From Syntrophaceae bacterium UBA2251 (GTDB taxonomy: Bacteria > Desulfobacterota > Syntrophia > Syntrophales > UBA2251): 64,000 nt of DNA. The notes beneath the pieces are model-generated. The model was not told the origin of the DNA. It saw nothing but the letters and a program-made list of their open reading frames with translations, and did no database searches. Shown one piece after another: positions 53,505 to 63,289 of the stretch. The translations under genes were made by a program, and so were the position numbers. How positions within the stretch are numbered: the first letter of the stretch is position 1; each line of letters starts with the position of its first letter. The DNA lies in NCBI GenBank assembly GCA_002347815.1, contig DDXV01000020.1, positions 7,554 through 71,553 of the forward strand, in the 5' to 3' direction.

Positions 53505-55246
53505 CCGCTCATGGAATTTTTCAGATCACAACCTATTTCATCGCGCTTATCGCTGTGGCAATTCCTCTGGGGCGCTACATGGCACGAGTTTATCAGGGTG
53601 AACCCGTCTTCTTGAAAGGGATGACTGGCCCCCTGGAAAAATGGATTTATCGGCACTGCCGGATCAATGCGGATGAGGAAATGACCTGGAAGGCGTACGC
53701 CGGACGATTGGTCATCTTTTCTGTGATGAGTTGCCTTGTCGTCTATCTGCTGCAACGGCTTCAGGGATTTCTACCGCTCAATCCCCACGGACTTCCCGCT
53801 GTGCCCCCCGATCTGGCCTTTAATACGGCGGTCAGCTTCGTGACCAATACGAACTGGCAGGCCTACAGCGGCGAAACGACCCTGAGCTTCTGCACGCAAA
53901 TGCTGGGGATGACCGTCCAGAATTTCGTTTCCGCCGCTGCAGGAATGGCGGTTCTGATGGCTTTCATCAGGGGTTTGAAACGAACTCTCTCCCCAACCAT
54001 CGGCAATGTCTGGGTAGATCTGACGCGCACGATCCTCTATATCTTGCTGCCCCTTTCGTTGGTTTTGGCGCTCTTTCTCGTTTCCCAGGGCGTCGTGCAG
54101 ACGCTGCAAAGCCCGGCCGAGGTCGGGCTGTTGGAACAGGCAAAAGACGGGGCGGCCACTGCGGAGTCCGTGCAGGAGATTCGCCTGGGGCCGGCTGCAA
54201 GCCAGGTAGCCATCAAACAGTTGGGAACCAACGGGGGCGGCTTTTTTAACGCCAACTCGGCCCATCCCTTGGAAAATCCGACACCACTGTCCAACTTCTT
54301 GGAGATGTTGGCCATTCTTTTGATCCCTGTGGCTTTGTGCATCACCTTCGGTCGGATGCTGGGAGATGGAAGGCAGGGATGGGCGCTTCTTGCCGCGATG
54401 ATGATGATTCTGATCCCGCTGCTCGGGATCTGCCTGGTGAGTGAGCAGGCAGGGAACCCATCCTTCCGGCAGATGAACGTCGATCAGTCCATCGGTGCCC
54501 TCCAATCCGGCGGTAATATGGAAGGCAAGGAGGTCCGGTTCGGCATCGCAAATTCCGCACTCTGGGCTGCCGTGACGACCGCTGCGTCCAGCGGCAGTGT
54601 CAATGCGATGCACGATTCGTTCACGCCTCTGGGAGGGCTGGTTCCCCTCGTGTTGATGCAATTGGGCGAGATCATCTTCGGAGGGGCAGGTTCGGGCTTG
54701 TACGGCATGCTGATGTTCGTCCTGATAACCGTTTTCATCGCGGGGCTCATGGTGGGCCGCACGCCGGAATACCTGGGCAAGAAGATCGAGGCCTTCGAAA
54801 TCAAGATGGCAGCGCTCGTCATCCTGATCCCGGCGGCCGTCGTCCTCATCGGCACAGGCGTTGCCGTCGTCACCCGACCGGGGCTTGCCGGAATACTCAA
54901 TACCGGCCCGCACGGCTTTTCCGAAATTCTCTACGCCTTCTCTTCGGCAGCGAACAACAACGGCAGCGCCTTCGCCGGCTTGAACGCCAATACACCCTTC
55001 TATAACCTAACGTTAGGTTTTGCGATGCTCATCGGACGCTTCGGGCTGATCATCCCTGTACTGGCAGCAGCCGGGTCGCTCGCGCAGAAGAAATGCGTTT
55101 CCGCCGGCGCGGGCACGCTGCCCACGCACACGCCGCTGTTTGTGATGTTCCTTGTTGCGGTGATTATGCTGGTGGGCGCACTGACCTTCGTTCCCGCCCT
55201 CGCCTTGGGACCGATCGCCGAGCATCTGGCCTGGATGCGATCATAG
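53501..55246 (+). CDS. kdpA: K+-transporting ATPase subunit A
   Basis: 581 aa. Has NTNWQAYSGE and GTNGGGF selectivity-filter motifs. Confidence 0.95.
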   Translation: MTAHGIFQITTYFIALIAVAIPLGRYMARVYQGEPVFLKGMTGPLEKWIYRHCRINADEEMTWKAYAGRLVIFSVMSCLVVYLLQRLQGFLPLNPHGLPAVPPDLAFNTAVSFVTNTNWQAYSGETTLSFCTQMLGMTVQNFVSAAAGMAVLMAFIRGLKRTLSPTIGNVWVDLTRTILYILLPLSLVLALFLVSQGVVQTLQSPAEVGLLEQAKDGAATAESVQEIRLGPAASQVAIKQLGTNGGGFFNANSAHPLENPTPLSNFLEMLAILLIPVALCITFGRMLGDGRQGWALLAAMMMILIPLLGICLVSEQAGNPSFRQMNVDQSIGALQSGGNMEGKEVRFGIANSALWAAVTTAASSGSVNAMHDSFTPLGGLVPLVLMQLGEIIFGGAGSGLYGMLMFVLITVFIAGLMVGRTPEYLGKKIEAFEIKMAALVILIPAAVVLIGTGVAVVTRPGLAGILNTGPHGFSEILYAFSSAANNNGSAFAGLNANTPFYNLTLGFAMLIGRFGLIIPVLAAAGSLAQKKCVSAGAGTLPTHTPLFVMFLVAVIMLVGALTFVPALALGPIAEHLAWMRS

Positions 55247-55255
55247 AGAGGGAAC

Positions 55256-57328
55256 ATGAACGCAAAAGCAAAATCATTCTCGCTTCTTGACCGCCAGGTC
55301 CTGCAACGGACCCTGATCGATGCCGTCGTCAAACTCAACCCCCTGCACCTGATCAAGAACCCGGTGATGTTCGTTGTGGAAGTCGGCTGCATCCTGACGA
55401 CGTTGCTCATTATTCAAGCCCTCTCCGGCCATGGCGACGAGAGAACTTCCTTTATCGTGGCCATCAGTCTCTGGCTGTGGTTCACGTTGCTCTTCGCCAA
55501 CTTCGCCGAAGCCATGGCGGAAGGCAGAGGCAAGGCCCAGGCAAGATCGCTGAAAGGCTCACGGCGGGACGTTACCGCCAAGCTTCTTTATGAACCGGAT
55601 CGGAATGCGATCTTCGACCTCGTTGCCGGATCGCAGCTCAAGAAGGGAGATCTCGTGCTGGTGAATGCCGGAGATACGATCCCCGGCGATGGGGAGGTGA
55701 CCGTCGGTGTCGCCTCCGTCGATGAGAGCGCCATTACCGGGGAGAGCGCCCCGGTGATCCGGGAAAGCGGCGGAGACCGCAGCGCCGTGACCGGCGGCAC
55801 CCGTGTGCTGTCGGACTGGCTCATCGTCCGCATCACGGCCAATCCGGGCGAGACCTTCTTAGACAAGATGATCGCGATGGTGGAAGGCGCCAAGCGCCAG
55901 AAGACGCCGAACGAGATTGCCTTGGACATCCTGCTTGCCGGGCTTACGCTGATCTTTCTTCTGGCCACTGTGACCCTTGTTCCCTTTTCGCTCTACAGCG
56001 TGCGGGCGACGGGACAAGGGGCGCCTATCTCCATGACGGTGATCGTCGCCCTGTTGATCTGCCTTATCCCGACCACGATCGGCGGCCTGCTCTCCGCCAT
56101 CGGTATCGCCGGCATGGACCGGATGATCCAGGCTAATGTCATTGCCCTGTCGGGAAAGGCCGTGGAAGCCGCTGGCGACGTGGACGTCTTGCTGCTCGAC
56201 AAGACCGGCACGATTACGCTGGGGAACCGTGAAGCGACGGAATTTATACCCATCGGGGGGATCACAGCAGTACAACTGGCGGATGCGGCGCAGCTCTCCT
56301 CCTTGGCCGACGAGACGCCGGAGGGGAGAAGCATCGTCGTCCTGGCCAAGAAGGCATACGGCATCCGCGAGCGCGACATCAAGACACTGGGGGCCCGCTT
56401 CATCCCCTTCACCGCCAAAAGCCGCATGAGCGGTGTCAATCTCGACGGGCGGGAAATCCGCAAGGGAGCGGCCGATGCGGTCGAGGTCTATGTCAAGGCG
56501 AAGGGCGGTGGCTTTCCCGAAGAGGCAAATGCCATCGTCAATGGTATCGCGGTCCAGGGCGGAACGCCGCTGGTTGTTGTCGAGGGGTCTCAAGTCCTGG
56601 GGGCTATCCGCTTGAGCGACGTCGTCAAGGGCGGCATTCGCGAACGCTTCTCCGAACTGCGGCAAATGGGCATCCAGACCGTCATGATCACCGGGGACAA
56701 TCCACTCACAGCGGCCGCGGTGGCCGCCGAGGCGGGCGTGGACGACTTTCTGGCCCAGGCGACCCCGGAGGCGAAGCTGAACCTGATCCGCGCGTATCAG
56801 GCGCAGGGTCATCTGGTCGCGATGACGGGCGACGGGACGAACGATGCGCCGGCACTGGCACAGGCGGACGTAGCCGTAGCCATGAACACGGGCACACAGG
56901 CGGCGAAGGAGGCTGGAAATCTGGTGGACCTCGACTCCAATCCCACGAAGCTGATCGAAATCGTCGGGATCGGCAAGCAACTCCTGATGACGCGGGGTAC
57001 GCTCACGACCTTCAGCATCTCCAATGACGTGGCTAAGTATTTTGCCATTCTGCCTGCGGCCTTCTCTGGAATCTATCCTGACCTGGCGGTTCTGAACATC
57101 ATGGGGTTGTCGACACCGCAAAATGCGATCCTGTCGGCGGTCATCTTCAACGCGCTTATCATCGTCGCCATGATTCCCTTGGCACTGCGCGGCGTCAGAT
57201 ACCGCCCGATGGGTGCAGCCGCTGTTCTCCGTCGGAACCTGATTCTCTATGGCGCCGGGGGCCTCGTGGTGCCGTTTGCCGGGATCAAGGCCATCGACAT
57301 GCTACTGACACTACTAAACTGGATTTGA
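55256..57328 (+). CDS. kdpB: K+-transporting P-type ATPase subunit B
   Basis: DKTGTIT phosphorylation site, MITGDN and [10 protein letters not shown] motifs. 690 aa. Confidence 0.96.
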   Translation: MNAKAKSFSLLDRQVLQRTLIDAVVKLNPLHLIKNPVMFVVEVGCILTTLLIIQALSGHGDERTSFIVAISLWLWFTLLFANFAEAMAEGRGKAQARSLKGSRRDVTAKLLYEPDRNAIFDLVAGSQLKKGDLVLVNAGDTIPGDGEVTVGVASVDESAITGESAPVIRESGGDRSAVTGGTRVLSDWLIVRITANPGETFLDKMIAMVEGAKRQKTPNEIALDILLAGLTLIFLLATVTLVPFSLYSVRATGQGAPISMTVIVALLICLIPTTIGGLLSAIGIAGMDRMIQANVIALSGKAVEAAGDVDVLLLDKTGTITLGNREATEFIPIGGITAVQLADAAQLSSLADETPEGRSIVVLAKKAYGIRERDIKTLGARFIPFTAKSRMSGVNLDGREIRKGAADAVEVYVKAKGGGFPEEANAIVNGIAVQGGTPLVVVEGSQVLGAIRLSDVVKGGIRERFSELRQMGIQTVMITGDNPLTAAAVAAEAGVDDFLAQATPEAKLNLIRAYQAQGHLVAMTGDGTNDAPALAQADVAVAMNTGTQAAKEAGNLVDLDSNPTKLIEIVGIGKQLLMTRGTLTTFSISNDVAKYFAILPAAFSGIYPDLAVLNIMGLSTPQNAILSAVIFNALIIVAMIPLALRGVRYRPMGAAAVLRRNLILYGAGGLVVPFAGIKAIDMLLTLLNWI

Positions 57329-57912
57329 AAGAGGCGACCATGTGGCAACCGATACGAACAGCCATCCTACTCTTTGTCGTGATGACCCTCCTGATCGGGA
57401 TTGTTTATCCTTTTGCAGTGACGGGACTGGCACAGTTGCTGTTTCCTTGGCAGGCGGGTGGCAGCCTGGTCAAAATAAACGGCGGAAAGACCGTTGCGGA
57501 GTTGGTCGGTCAGCCCTTCAGCGAACCCGGGTATTTCTGGGGGAGGCCGTCCGCAACATCCTCTGGAGCTTACAACGGCGCCGCTTCTATGGGGTCGAAT
57601 CTGGGTCCAACGAATCCGGCCTTAAAAGAAGCCGTCAGGCGGCGAATCATCGCGCTGCTAACCGCCGATCGGGAAAACAGGCAGCTCATCCCTGTGGATC
57701 TTGTGACCGCCTCGGGAAGCGGACTCGATCCGCATATCAGCCCGGCCGCCGCACTGTATCAAGTGCCCCGGGTGGCAAAAGCACGCGGCATCGACTCAAG
57801 GAAAATCGAGGCATTGGTCCGGATAAATATCCGGGACAGGCAGTTCGGCATTTTCGGCGAACCCACTGTGCATGTCCTGCACCTGAATATGGCGCTGGAT
57901 GCGATGCGTTGA
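57325..57912 (+). CDS. kdpC: K+-transporting ATPase subunit C (alternative start 57340)
   Basis: One TM segment, then [21 protein letters not shown]...[11 protein letters not shown], the KdpC signature. Confidence 0.93.
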   Translation: MKEATMWQPIRTAILLFVVMTLLIGIVYPFAVTGLAQLLFPWQAGGSLVKINGGKTVAELVGQPFSEPGYFWGRPSATSSGAYNGAASMGSNLGPTNPALKEAVRRRIIALLTADRENRQLIPVDLVTASGSGLDPHISPAAALYQVPRVAKARGIDSRKIEALVRINIRDRQFGIFGEPTVHVLHLNMALDAMR

Positions 57913-57963
57913 TTCTGTTACACTGGCATCCGTTAATAAACCTAAGCACATAGGGATATCGAG

Positions 57964-60660
57964 GTGATGGAAACGAAAAGACCTGATCCCGACGAACTCC
58001 TGGATAGGGCTGTCACCGAGGAGGAACGCCGGCACCAGGGCAAGCTGAAGATCTTCTTCGGTGCCGCCCCGGGTGTGGGTAAGACCTATGCAATGCTTGA
58101 GGCCGCCCAAAAGCGGCGGCTTGAAGGTGTCGACATCGTTGTCGGGATTGTGGAAACGCACGGCAGGAAGGAAACCGACGCCCTCCTCAAGGGCTTGGAC
58201 ATTCTGCCGCATCGGATACATTCCCATCGCGGGCGGGGTATCCATGAATTTGACATCGATGCTGCCCTCCGACGAGCCCCCTCCTTGATAATCATCGACG
58301 AACTTGCCCATACGAATGCTCCGGAGTCGCGACATAAAAAGCGCTGGCAGGACGTCCGGGAGCTTCTCTGCGCGGGTATCTCCGTCTACACCACCGTCAA
58401 CGTTCAGCACCTCGAGAGCTTAAACGACATCGTCCGGCAGATCACTGGCGTCATCGTTCGGGAAACCCTTCCGGATTCTTTTCTGAACCGAGCCGACGAG
58501 ATCGAACTGATCGACCTGCCCCCCGACGATCTGCTCCAGCGCCTGAAGGAGGGGAAGGTCTACATCCCGGAACAGGCTGAGAAGGCAATGGAGCACTTTT
58601 TCCGCAAGGGCAACTTGATTGCCTTAAGAGAGCTGGCCCTGCGGCGCACCGCCGAACAGGTGGATGAGCAGATGATAAATTACCGGCGCGATGCAGGCGT
58701 CAGGGACATCTGGCCGGCGGCGGAACGAATCCTCGTCTGCATTGGGCCGAATCCCCGATCCATCCGCCTGATACGCGCCGCAAGACGGATGGCGGCTGGG
58801 TTGAGAGCCGAGTGGATTGCGGTACACGTAGAGGCCCCTTCCCATATCAAACCCTCCGCAGAAGACTTGCAGACCTTGGCGGAACATATGCGGCTGGCGG
58901 AAAGTCTGGGTGCGCAAACCGTAACCCTGACAGGTCCCAAGGCGAGCGATGAGATCCTTACCTATGCCCGCCAGCGCAACGTCAGCAAGATCATCGTCGG
59001 TAAGCCGACCCATCCACGCTGGAAGGACAAGCTCTTGGGTTCACCGTTGGATGAGATCGTCCGGGGAAGCGGAGATATCGAGATCTATGTGATTACGGGA
59101 GATTCATCTGAACCGCCGGTAAAGTCGAGCGCCAGATCTCATCCACAGCTGATTAAACCGAGGGAGTGGATTTGGAGCCTCGGGACTGTGGCCATAAGCA
59201 CCGCGTTGGCCGTTCTGACGTTTCCGTATTTTGAACAGACAGACATCGTGATGATCTATCTGCTCGGCATTGTGATCACGTCGACTCAGACCGGGCGCTT
59301 GCCAGCGCTGGCAGCCACCGTGTTAAGCGTTGCCGCATTCGACTTCTTTTTTGTTCCACCACACTTTACCTTTGCTGTCAGTGATATCCGTTTTCTTGTA
59401 ACATTCGGCGTCATGTTCATCGTGGCCTATATCATCACGCGGTTAACGCTGAAGATCCGTGAACAAGCGGAAACTTCGCGAAAGCGGGAAAGGGGTACGG
59501 CTGCGCTGTATGCACTGAGCCGCGAGCTGGTCCGGGAACGCAAGAAGGCCCGGATCATCGAGATCGCCGTCCAACACATCGGCGAGGTGTTTCGCAGCCA
59601 GATCGTCATTCTGGTACCGGACGAACAGGGAGAGTTGGGCGTATCGGAAACGGGCGTGGGTACCTTTGCCATCGACCAGAAGGAGTTGGGTGTTGCCCGG
59701 TGGGTCTTCGATAACCGCCAATGCGCCGGTTTGGGAACAGACACACTCCCGGGAGCCAAAGCGCTTTACTTGCCGATGATTGCTTCTTCCGGCGTCGCGG
59801 GGGTCGTGGGCGTTCTTCCTGTGGATGCCGAAAAGGGATTTGCCCCTGAGGACATTCACTTTCTGGAAAGCTTCGTGAACCAGACCGCCATGGCGATAGA
59901 AAGGATTATACTGGCCAAAGAGGCACACGATGAGCGCCTGAAAGCGGAGGCCCAGAAGGTCCGAAATACATTCCTGAGTTCCGTCTCCCACGACTTAAGA
60001 TCGCCGTTGGCGGTCGTGGAGGGAGCGGCCAGCACGCTTCTGGAGAAAGAAACCTCCCTGAATCGACCAGACCGTCTGGAACTGCTGCGGACAATCCGCG
60101 AGGAGACGGATCGCCTGGAGCGCATCATCCACAACGTCCTGAACCTGACCCGGCTTGAATCCGGTGCGATCAACATTCACAAGGAGTGGCAGCCTTTGGA
60201 GGAAATCATCGGAGTCGTCCTGAACCGCCTTTCCGAACGCCTCAAAGAGCATCCGCTGGAATTGCATATTCCCCCGGACCTTCCCCTCATTCCCTTTGAC
60301 ACCCTTTTGCTGGAGCAGGTGCTGGTGAATCTCTTGGAGAACGTCCTGCGGCATACCCCGACCGGAACGCCGATTGAAATCACAATCACCCTAAAGAAAT
60401 CAGCCGTCATGATTGATATCGCCGACCGCGGTCCCGGCATCCCCGCCCTTGAGGAGGAAACCATTTTCAGCAAGTTCAACCGCAGCAACCAAACGCGGAT
60501 CGGAGCCGGTATCGGTCTGACCATCTGCCGCGCGATCATAGAAGCCCATGGCGGCCGTATATGGGCTGAAAACCGGCCAGGTGGCGGTGCCGCATTCAAG
60601 TTCGTGATCCCCATCGAAGGGACTCCGCCCGCCTTGATCCCCGAAAAGGAACTGACATGA
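57964..60660 (+). CDS. kdpD: sensor histidine kinase KdpD
   Basis: N-terminal KdpD domain (GKLKIFFGAAPGVGKTYAML), a Usp domain, 4 TM segments, GAF, the H-box FLSSVSHDLRSPL, and a HATPase domain (DRGPGIP..GIGLTIC). Confidence 0.95.
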   Translation: MMETKRPDPDELLDRAVTEEERRHQGKLKIFFGAAPGVGKTYAMLEAAQKRRLEGVDIVVGIVETHGRKETDALLKGLDILPHRIHSHRGRGIHEFDIDAALRRAPSLIIIDELAHTNAPESRHKKRWQDVRELLCAGISVYTTVNVQHLESLNDIVRQITGVIVRETLPDSFLNRADEIELIDLPPDDLLQRLKEGKVYIPEQAEKAMEHFFRKGNLIALRELALRRTAEQVDEQMINYRRDAGVRDIWPAAERILVCIGPNPRSIRLIRAARRMAAGLRAEWIAVHVEAPSHIKPSAEDLQTLAEHMRLAESLGAQTVTLTGPKASDEILTYARQRNVSKIIVGKPTHPRWKDKLLGSPLDEIVRGSGDIEIYVITGDSSEPPVKSSARSHPQLIKPREWIWSLGTVAISTALAVLTFPYFEQTDIVMIYLLGIVITSTQTGRLPALAATVLSVAAFDFFFVPPHFTFAVSDIRFLVTFGVMFIVAYIITRLTLKIREQAETSRKRERGTAALYALSRELVRERKKARIIEIAVQHIGEVFRSQIVILVPDEQGELGVSETGVGTFAIDQKELGVARWVFDNRQCAGLGTDTLPGAKALYLPMIASSGVAGVVGVLPVDAEKGFAPEDIHFLESFVNQTAMAIERIILAKEAHDERLKAEAQKVRNTFLSSVSHDLRSPLAVVEGAASTLLEKETSLNRPDRLELLRTIREETDRLERIIHNVLNLTRLESGAINIHKEWQPLEEIIGVVLNRLSERLKEHPLELHIPPDLPLIPFDTLLLEQVLVNLLENVLRHTPTGTPIEITITLKKSAVMIDIADRGPGIPALEEETIFSKFNRSNQTRIGAGIGLTICRAIIEAHGGRIWAENRPGGGAAFKFVIPIEGTPPALIPEKELT

Positions 60661-61361
60661 AGGAAAGCCCCTCCACGGTACTCTTGATAGAGGATGAACG
60701 CCAAATGCGGCGATTTCTCCGAGTCACGCTCCAAAGCGAAAAATATAGCGTGCTGGAAGCAGAAACGGCTGCCGACGGACTGTCCCAGGCGGCGACACGC
60801 AGTCCCGACGTCGTACTGCTCGACTTGGGGCTTCCCGATATGGATGGCCTTGAGGTCATCGAAAAACTCCGTGAATGGTCTGCCGTGCCCATCATTGTCA
60901 TCTCCGCCAGGGAACAGGAAGGGGATAAAATAAAGGCCCTCGATGGTGGGGCGGACGATTACTTGACAAAGCCTTTCGCCGCCGGCGAACTTCTAGCTAG
61001 AATCCGCGTCGCTCTTAGACACGCGGCACCGAAACTACAGGATCATGGGGAGGCGGTTTTTATCGCCGAAAACCTCCGGATCGACTTCCTCAAGCGCCAG
61101 GTTTATTGCGGCACCCGGGAAATTCATCTCACTTCCATCGAGTACAGGCTCTTAACTGTCCTTGTCAAGAATGCCGGAAGGGTCATGACCCACCGGCAAA
61201 TCCTTAAAGAGGTCTGGGGGCCTCCCTATGTAGAACAAACTCACTATCTGCGTGTCTTCATGAACCAGTTGAGAAAGAAGATTGAGACCGACTCCACCCG
61301 CCCACATTTTTTATTGAACGAACCAGGTGTCGGCTACCGTTTTAACCCGAACCTTGATTAG
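60657..61361 (+). CDS. kdpE: OmpR-family response regulator KdpE
   Basis: Receiver domain (LLIEDE...DVVLLDLGLPDMDG...TKPF) plus a winged-helix domain (LTSIEYRLL...GVGYRF). Its start overlaps the kdpD stop. Confidence 0.93.
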   Translation: MKESPSTVLLIEDERQMRRFLRVTLQSEKYSVLEAETAADGLSQAATRSPDVVLLDLGLPDMDGLEVIEKLREWSAVPIIVISAREQEGDKIKALDGGADDYLTKPFAAGELLARIRVALRHAAPKLQDHGEAVFIAENLRIDFLKRQVYCGTREIHLTSIEYRLLTVLVKNAGRVMTHRQILKEVWGPPYVEQTHYLRVFMNQLRKKIETDSTRPHFLLNEPGVGYRFNPNLD

Positions 61362-61582
61362 TTCTAAAATGTTCTGATTTTCGATGTTATAACCTGCGAT
61401 CCACACAGCAATGTTGGGTTGAGTATTATTGAATCGTAGGGTGCCGGAAAGGATTTCAACGGTTTGTCAATATGGATATTTTATAATCAGGACGGGCTCA
61501 GTATCCCTGTTTCGCAGCAACCATGAGTAGTGCCATGATGAAGTTCTTGCAGCTATATGCGCCCTGCCGAGCCAAATTCAAT

Positions 61583-61607
61583 CCGCTGAACTTCAGCGGT
61601 TCTTATT
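61583..61607 (+). terminator. possible terminator downstream of kdpE
   Basis: CCGCTGA-ACT-TCAGCGG hairpin followed by TTCTTATT. It lies about 220 nt past the kdpE stop, so the assignment is tentative. Confidence 0.35.
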
Positions 61608-61698
61608 GAACGCAAGACCCCGTGGGGTGATCCCCTCGGGGTCTCGTCGTTTCAGGCTTGTTCCCGCCGACTTATGCCCGTTCATTAATCTCATCCGG

Positions 61699-63012
61699 TT
61701 ATTCAGTAGATTCAGGCAGTTCGAGGAGGAACCGCCATGCCGGGATCACTTCGATGGTCCCGCTGCCGGCATCGATCCGCTCCTCCTCGTTCCGGGTCAC
61801 GATGATTCCGGCTTTCAGGCCCAGCTCGGCCATTGCCTCACTCAAGGCCGCAGTTTCCCGTTTCCGCGTCTGCGGCTCCGCCAGCGACTCGCACACCTGG
61901 ACCAGCATCGGCGCCCGGCCGCGCATCGGGACGATGAAATCGACCTCCCGGCCGGTCCTGGTCTTGTAATAGTAGATTTCCGGGTGAAGACGCCGGAGCG
62001 TCGTGAACACGAGGTTCTCAAGGAGATGGCCGGAGTTGACCAGAATGCCGGACGACACCGAAGTGACCAGTGCGTGATCGATGCAGTAGACTTTTTTCGG
62101 ATTGGTGTTGCTGCGCGCGAGGGACGGGTCGAATATGCGCACGGTGAACAGGAAGTAGGCATCCTCGAACCATTCCAGGTAATCCGACACTGCGGACTTT
62201 GGCGCCTTGTGGCCCAGCGACTTGAGGTAGCCCGTGAGATTGTTGACGGAGTACAACGAGGCCGTGTTGTCCACCAGCCAGTGCGCCAGATCGGTCACCG
62301 CCTTCGGGTGTGAAACGTCGTGGCGCTCGACCAAGTCCCGAAACAGGATGGTGTGAAAGTATTCCTGGTGGGTCTTGATCCGCAGGTTCCGTCCAAGACC
62401 GGCGGCCTCGGGGAAACCGCCGGTCTCCCAGTATCCCTCGAAGGACTTCTGAACGAGGAGCCGTTTTTTCGTCGACAGCGCGCCCTCGCTCTCGATTCCC
62501 TTGTAGTCCAGGAATTCCCTGAACGAGAACGGAAACATCTCCCATGAGAGCGCCCGCCCGCGCATCTGCGTGGCGATCTCCTTTGACAACATCCTGGCTG
62601 ACGAACCGGTCAGGTACACCTCGCATTTTTCCGTGCGCATCATGCGGTCGATGAATGGCTCCCAACCGGGGGCGGCCTGGATCTCGTCAAAAAAGCAATA
62701 GACCGTCTCGGTGTTTTTCTTCTCCGGGTAGATGGAGTAATAGGCCTCGGCGATCAGGCCGAGATTGTCCCGCCGCAGGTTGTGGAGGCGGTCGTCGAAA
62801 AAGTTCAGGTACAGGATGTTCTGCCGAGGAACCCCGCCGTCCAACAGCCGATGGATAACCTGGAACATGTAGGTGGACTTGCCGCTCCGCCGAACCCCGA
62901 TGCAGACGGCGGCCTTGCCGTGAACCGACTCGATACGCAAACGCCGGGGCACCCCGGTCTCCATCCGGGTTTCCTGGAAGTCCAGAATGATGGATTTAAT
63001 CGTCTCTATCAT
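61699..63012 (-). CDS. AAA+ ATPase (DUF4143-containing, ATP-binding protein)
   Basis: The P-loop GVRRSGKST, Walker B-like FFDEIQ and a C-terminal DUF4143-like region are present. 437 aa. Confidence 0.85.
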   Translation of the reverse strand: MIETIKSIILDFQETRMETGVPRRLRIESVHGKAAVCIGVRRSGKSTYMFQVIHRLLDGGVPRQNILYLNFFDDRLHNLRRDNLGLIAEAYYSIYPEKKNTETVYCFFDEIQAAPGWEPFIDRMMRTEKCEVYLTGSSARMLSKEIATQMRGRALSWEMFPFSFREFLDYKGIESEGALSTKKRLLVQKSFEGYWETGGFPEAAGLGRNLRIKTHQEYFHTILFRDLVERHDVSHPKAVTDLAHWLVDNTASLYSVNNLTGYLKSLGHKAPKSAVSDYLEWFEDAYFLFTVRIFDPSLARSNTNPKKVYCIDHALVTSVSSGILVNSGHLLENLVFTTLRRLHPEIYYYKTRTGREVDFIVPMRGRAPMLVQVCESLAEPQTRKRETAALSEAMAELGLKAGIIVTRNEEERIDAGSGTIEVIPAWRFLLELPESTE

Positions 63013-63155
63013 AGGGTCATCCCTGGTTATTGTTATTTCCGGTTACAACATCATCCGGTCATAAATATAGCCGGTTTGACCTTTAAGTGTCAAGGGATAT
63101 TCCCGGATACAGTCTGAGCTTCCCGACGGAGAACGGTTGTGAAGAGGGTTGCACA

Positions 63156-63166
63156 TGGGGAGCCAA
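63156..63166 (+). repeat. right copy of 11-bp direct repeat TGGGGAGCCAA (putative attR core)
   Basis: Exact match to tRNA-Asn positions 52920-52930. It sits at the AT-rich to GC-rich transition. Confidence 0.55.
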
Positions 63167-63174
63167 AACGTCGA

Positions 63175-63212
63175 GGGGCCGTTTCCCGTGAAGTCGGGAA
63201 ACGGCCCCTTTT
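63175..63212 (+). terminator. rho-independent terminator (probably the ancestral tRNA-Asn terminator; may also serve the convergent regulator gene)
   Basis: A 13-bp perfect stem GGGGCCGTTTCCC / GGGAAACGGCCCC with an 8-nt loop, followed by TTTT. It lies 8 nt after the right direct repeat. Confidence 0.75.
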
Positions 63213-63289
63213 CCGTGGTGTCGAGGTTTTGGGAGGTTTGCTGCCGGAGGGCTTTCGCCGCAGGCGGCCCGCGCCTGCCCCCGGGAGCG

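Larger units (their letters stand above)
52930..63166. mobile_element. putative tRNA-Asn-associated genomic island (kdpFABCDE + AAA ATPase); no integrase detected, probably immobilised
   Basis: The drop in GC is visibly abrupt exactly at the tRNA 3' end, and GC-rich sequence returns at about 63167. An 11-bp direct repeat sits at both borders. A second plus-strand terminator lies directly after the right repeat. Confidence 0.5.
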
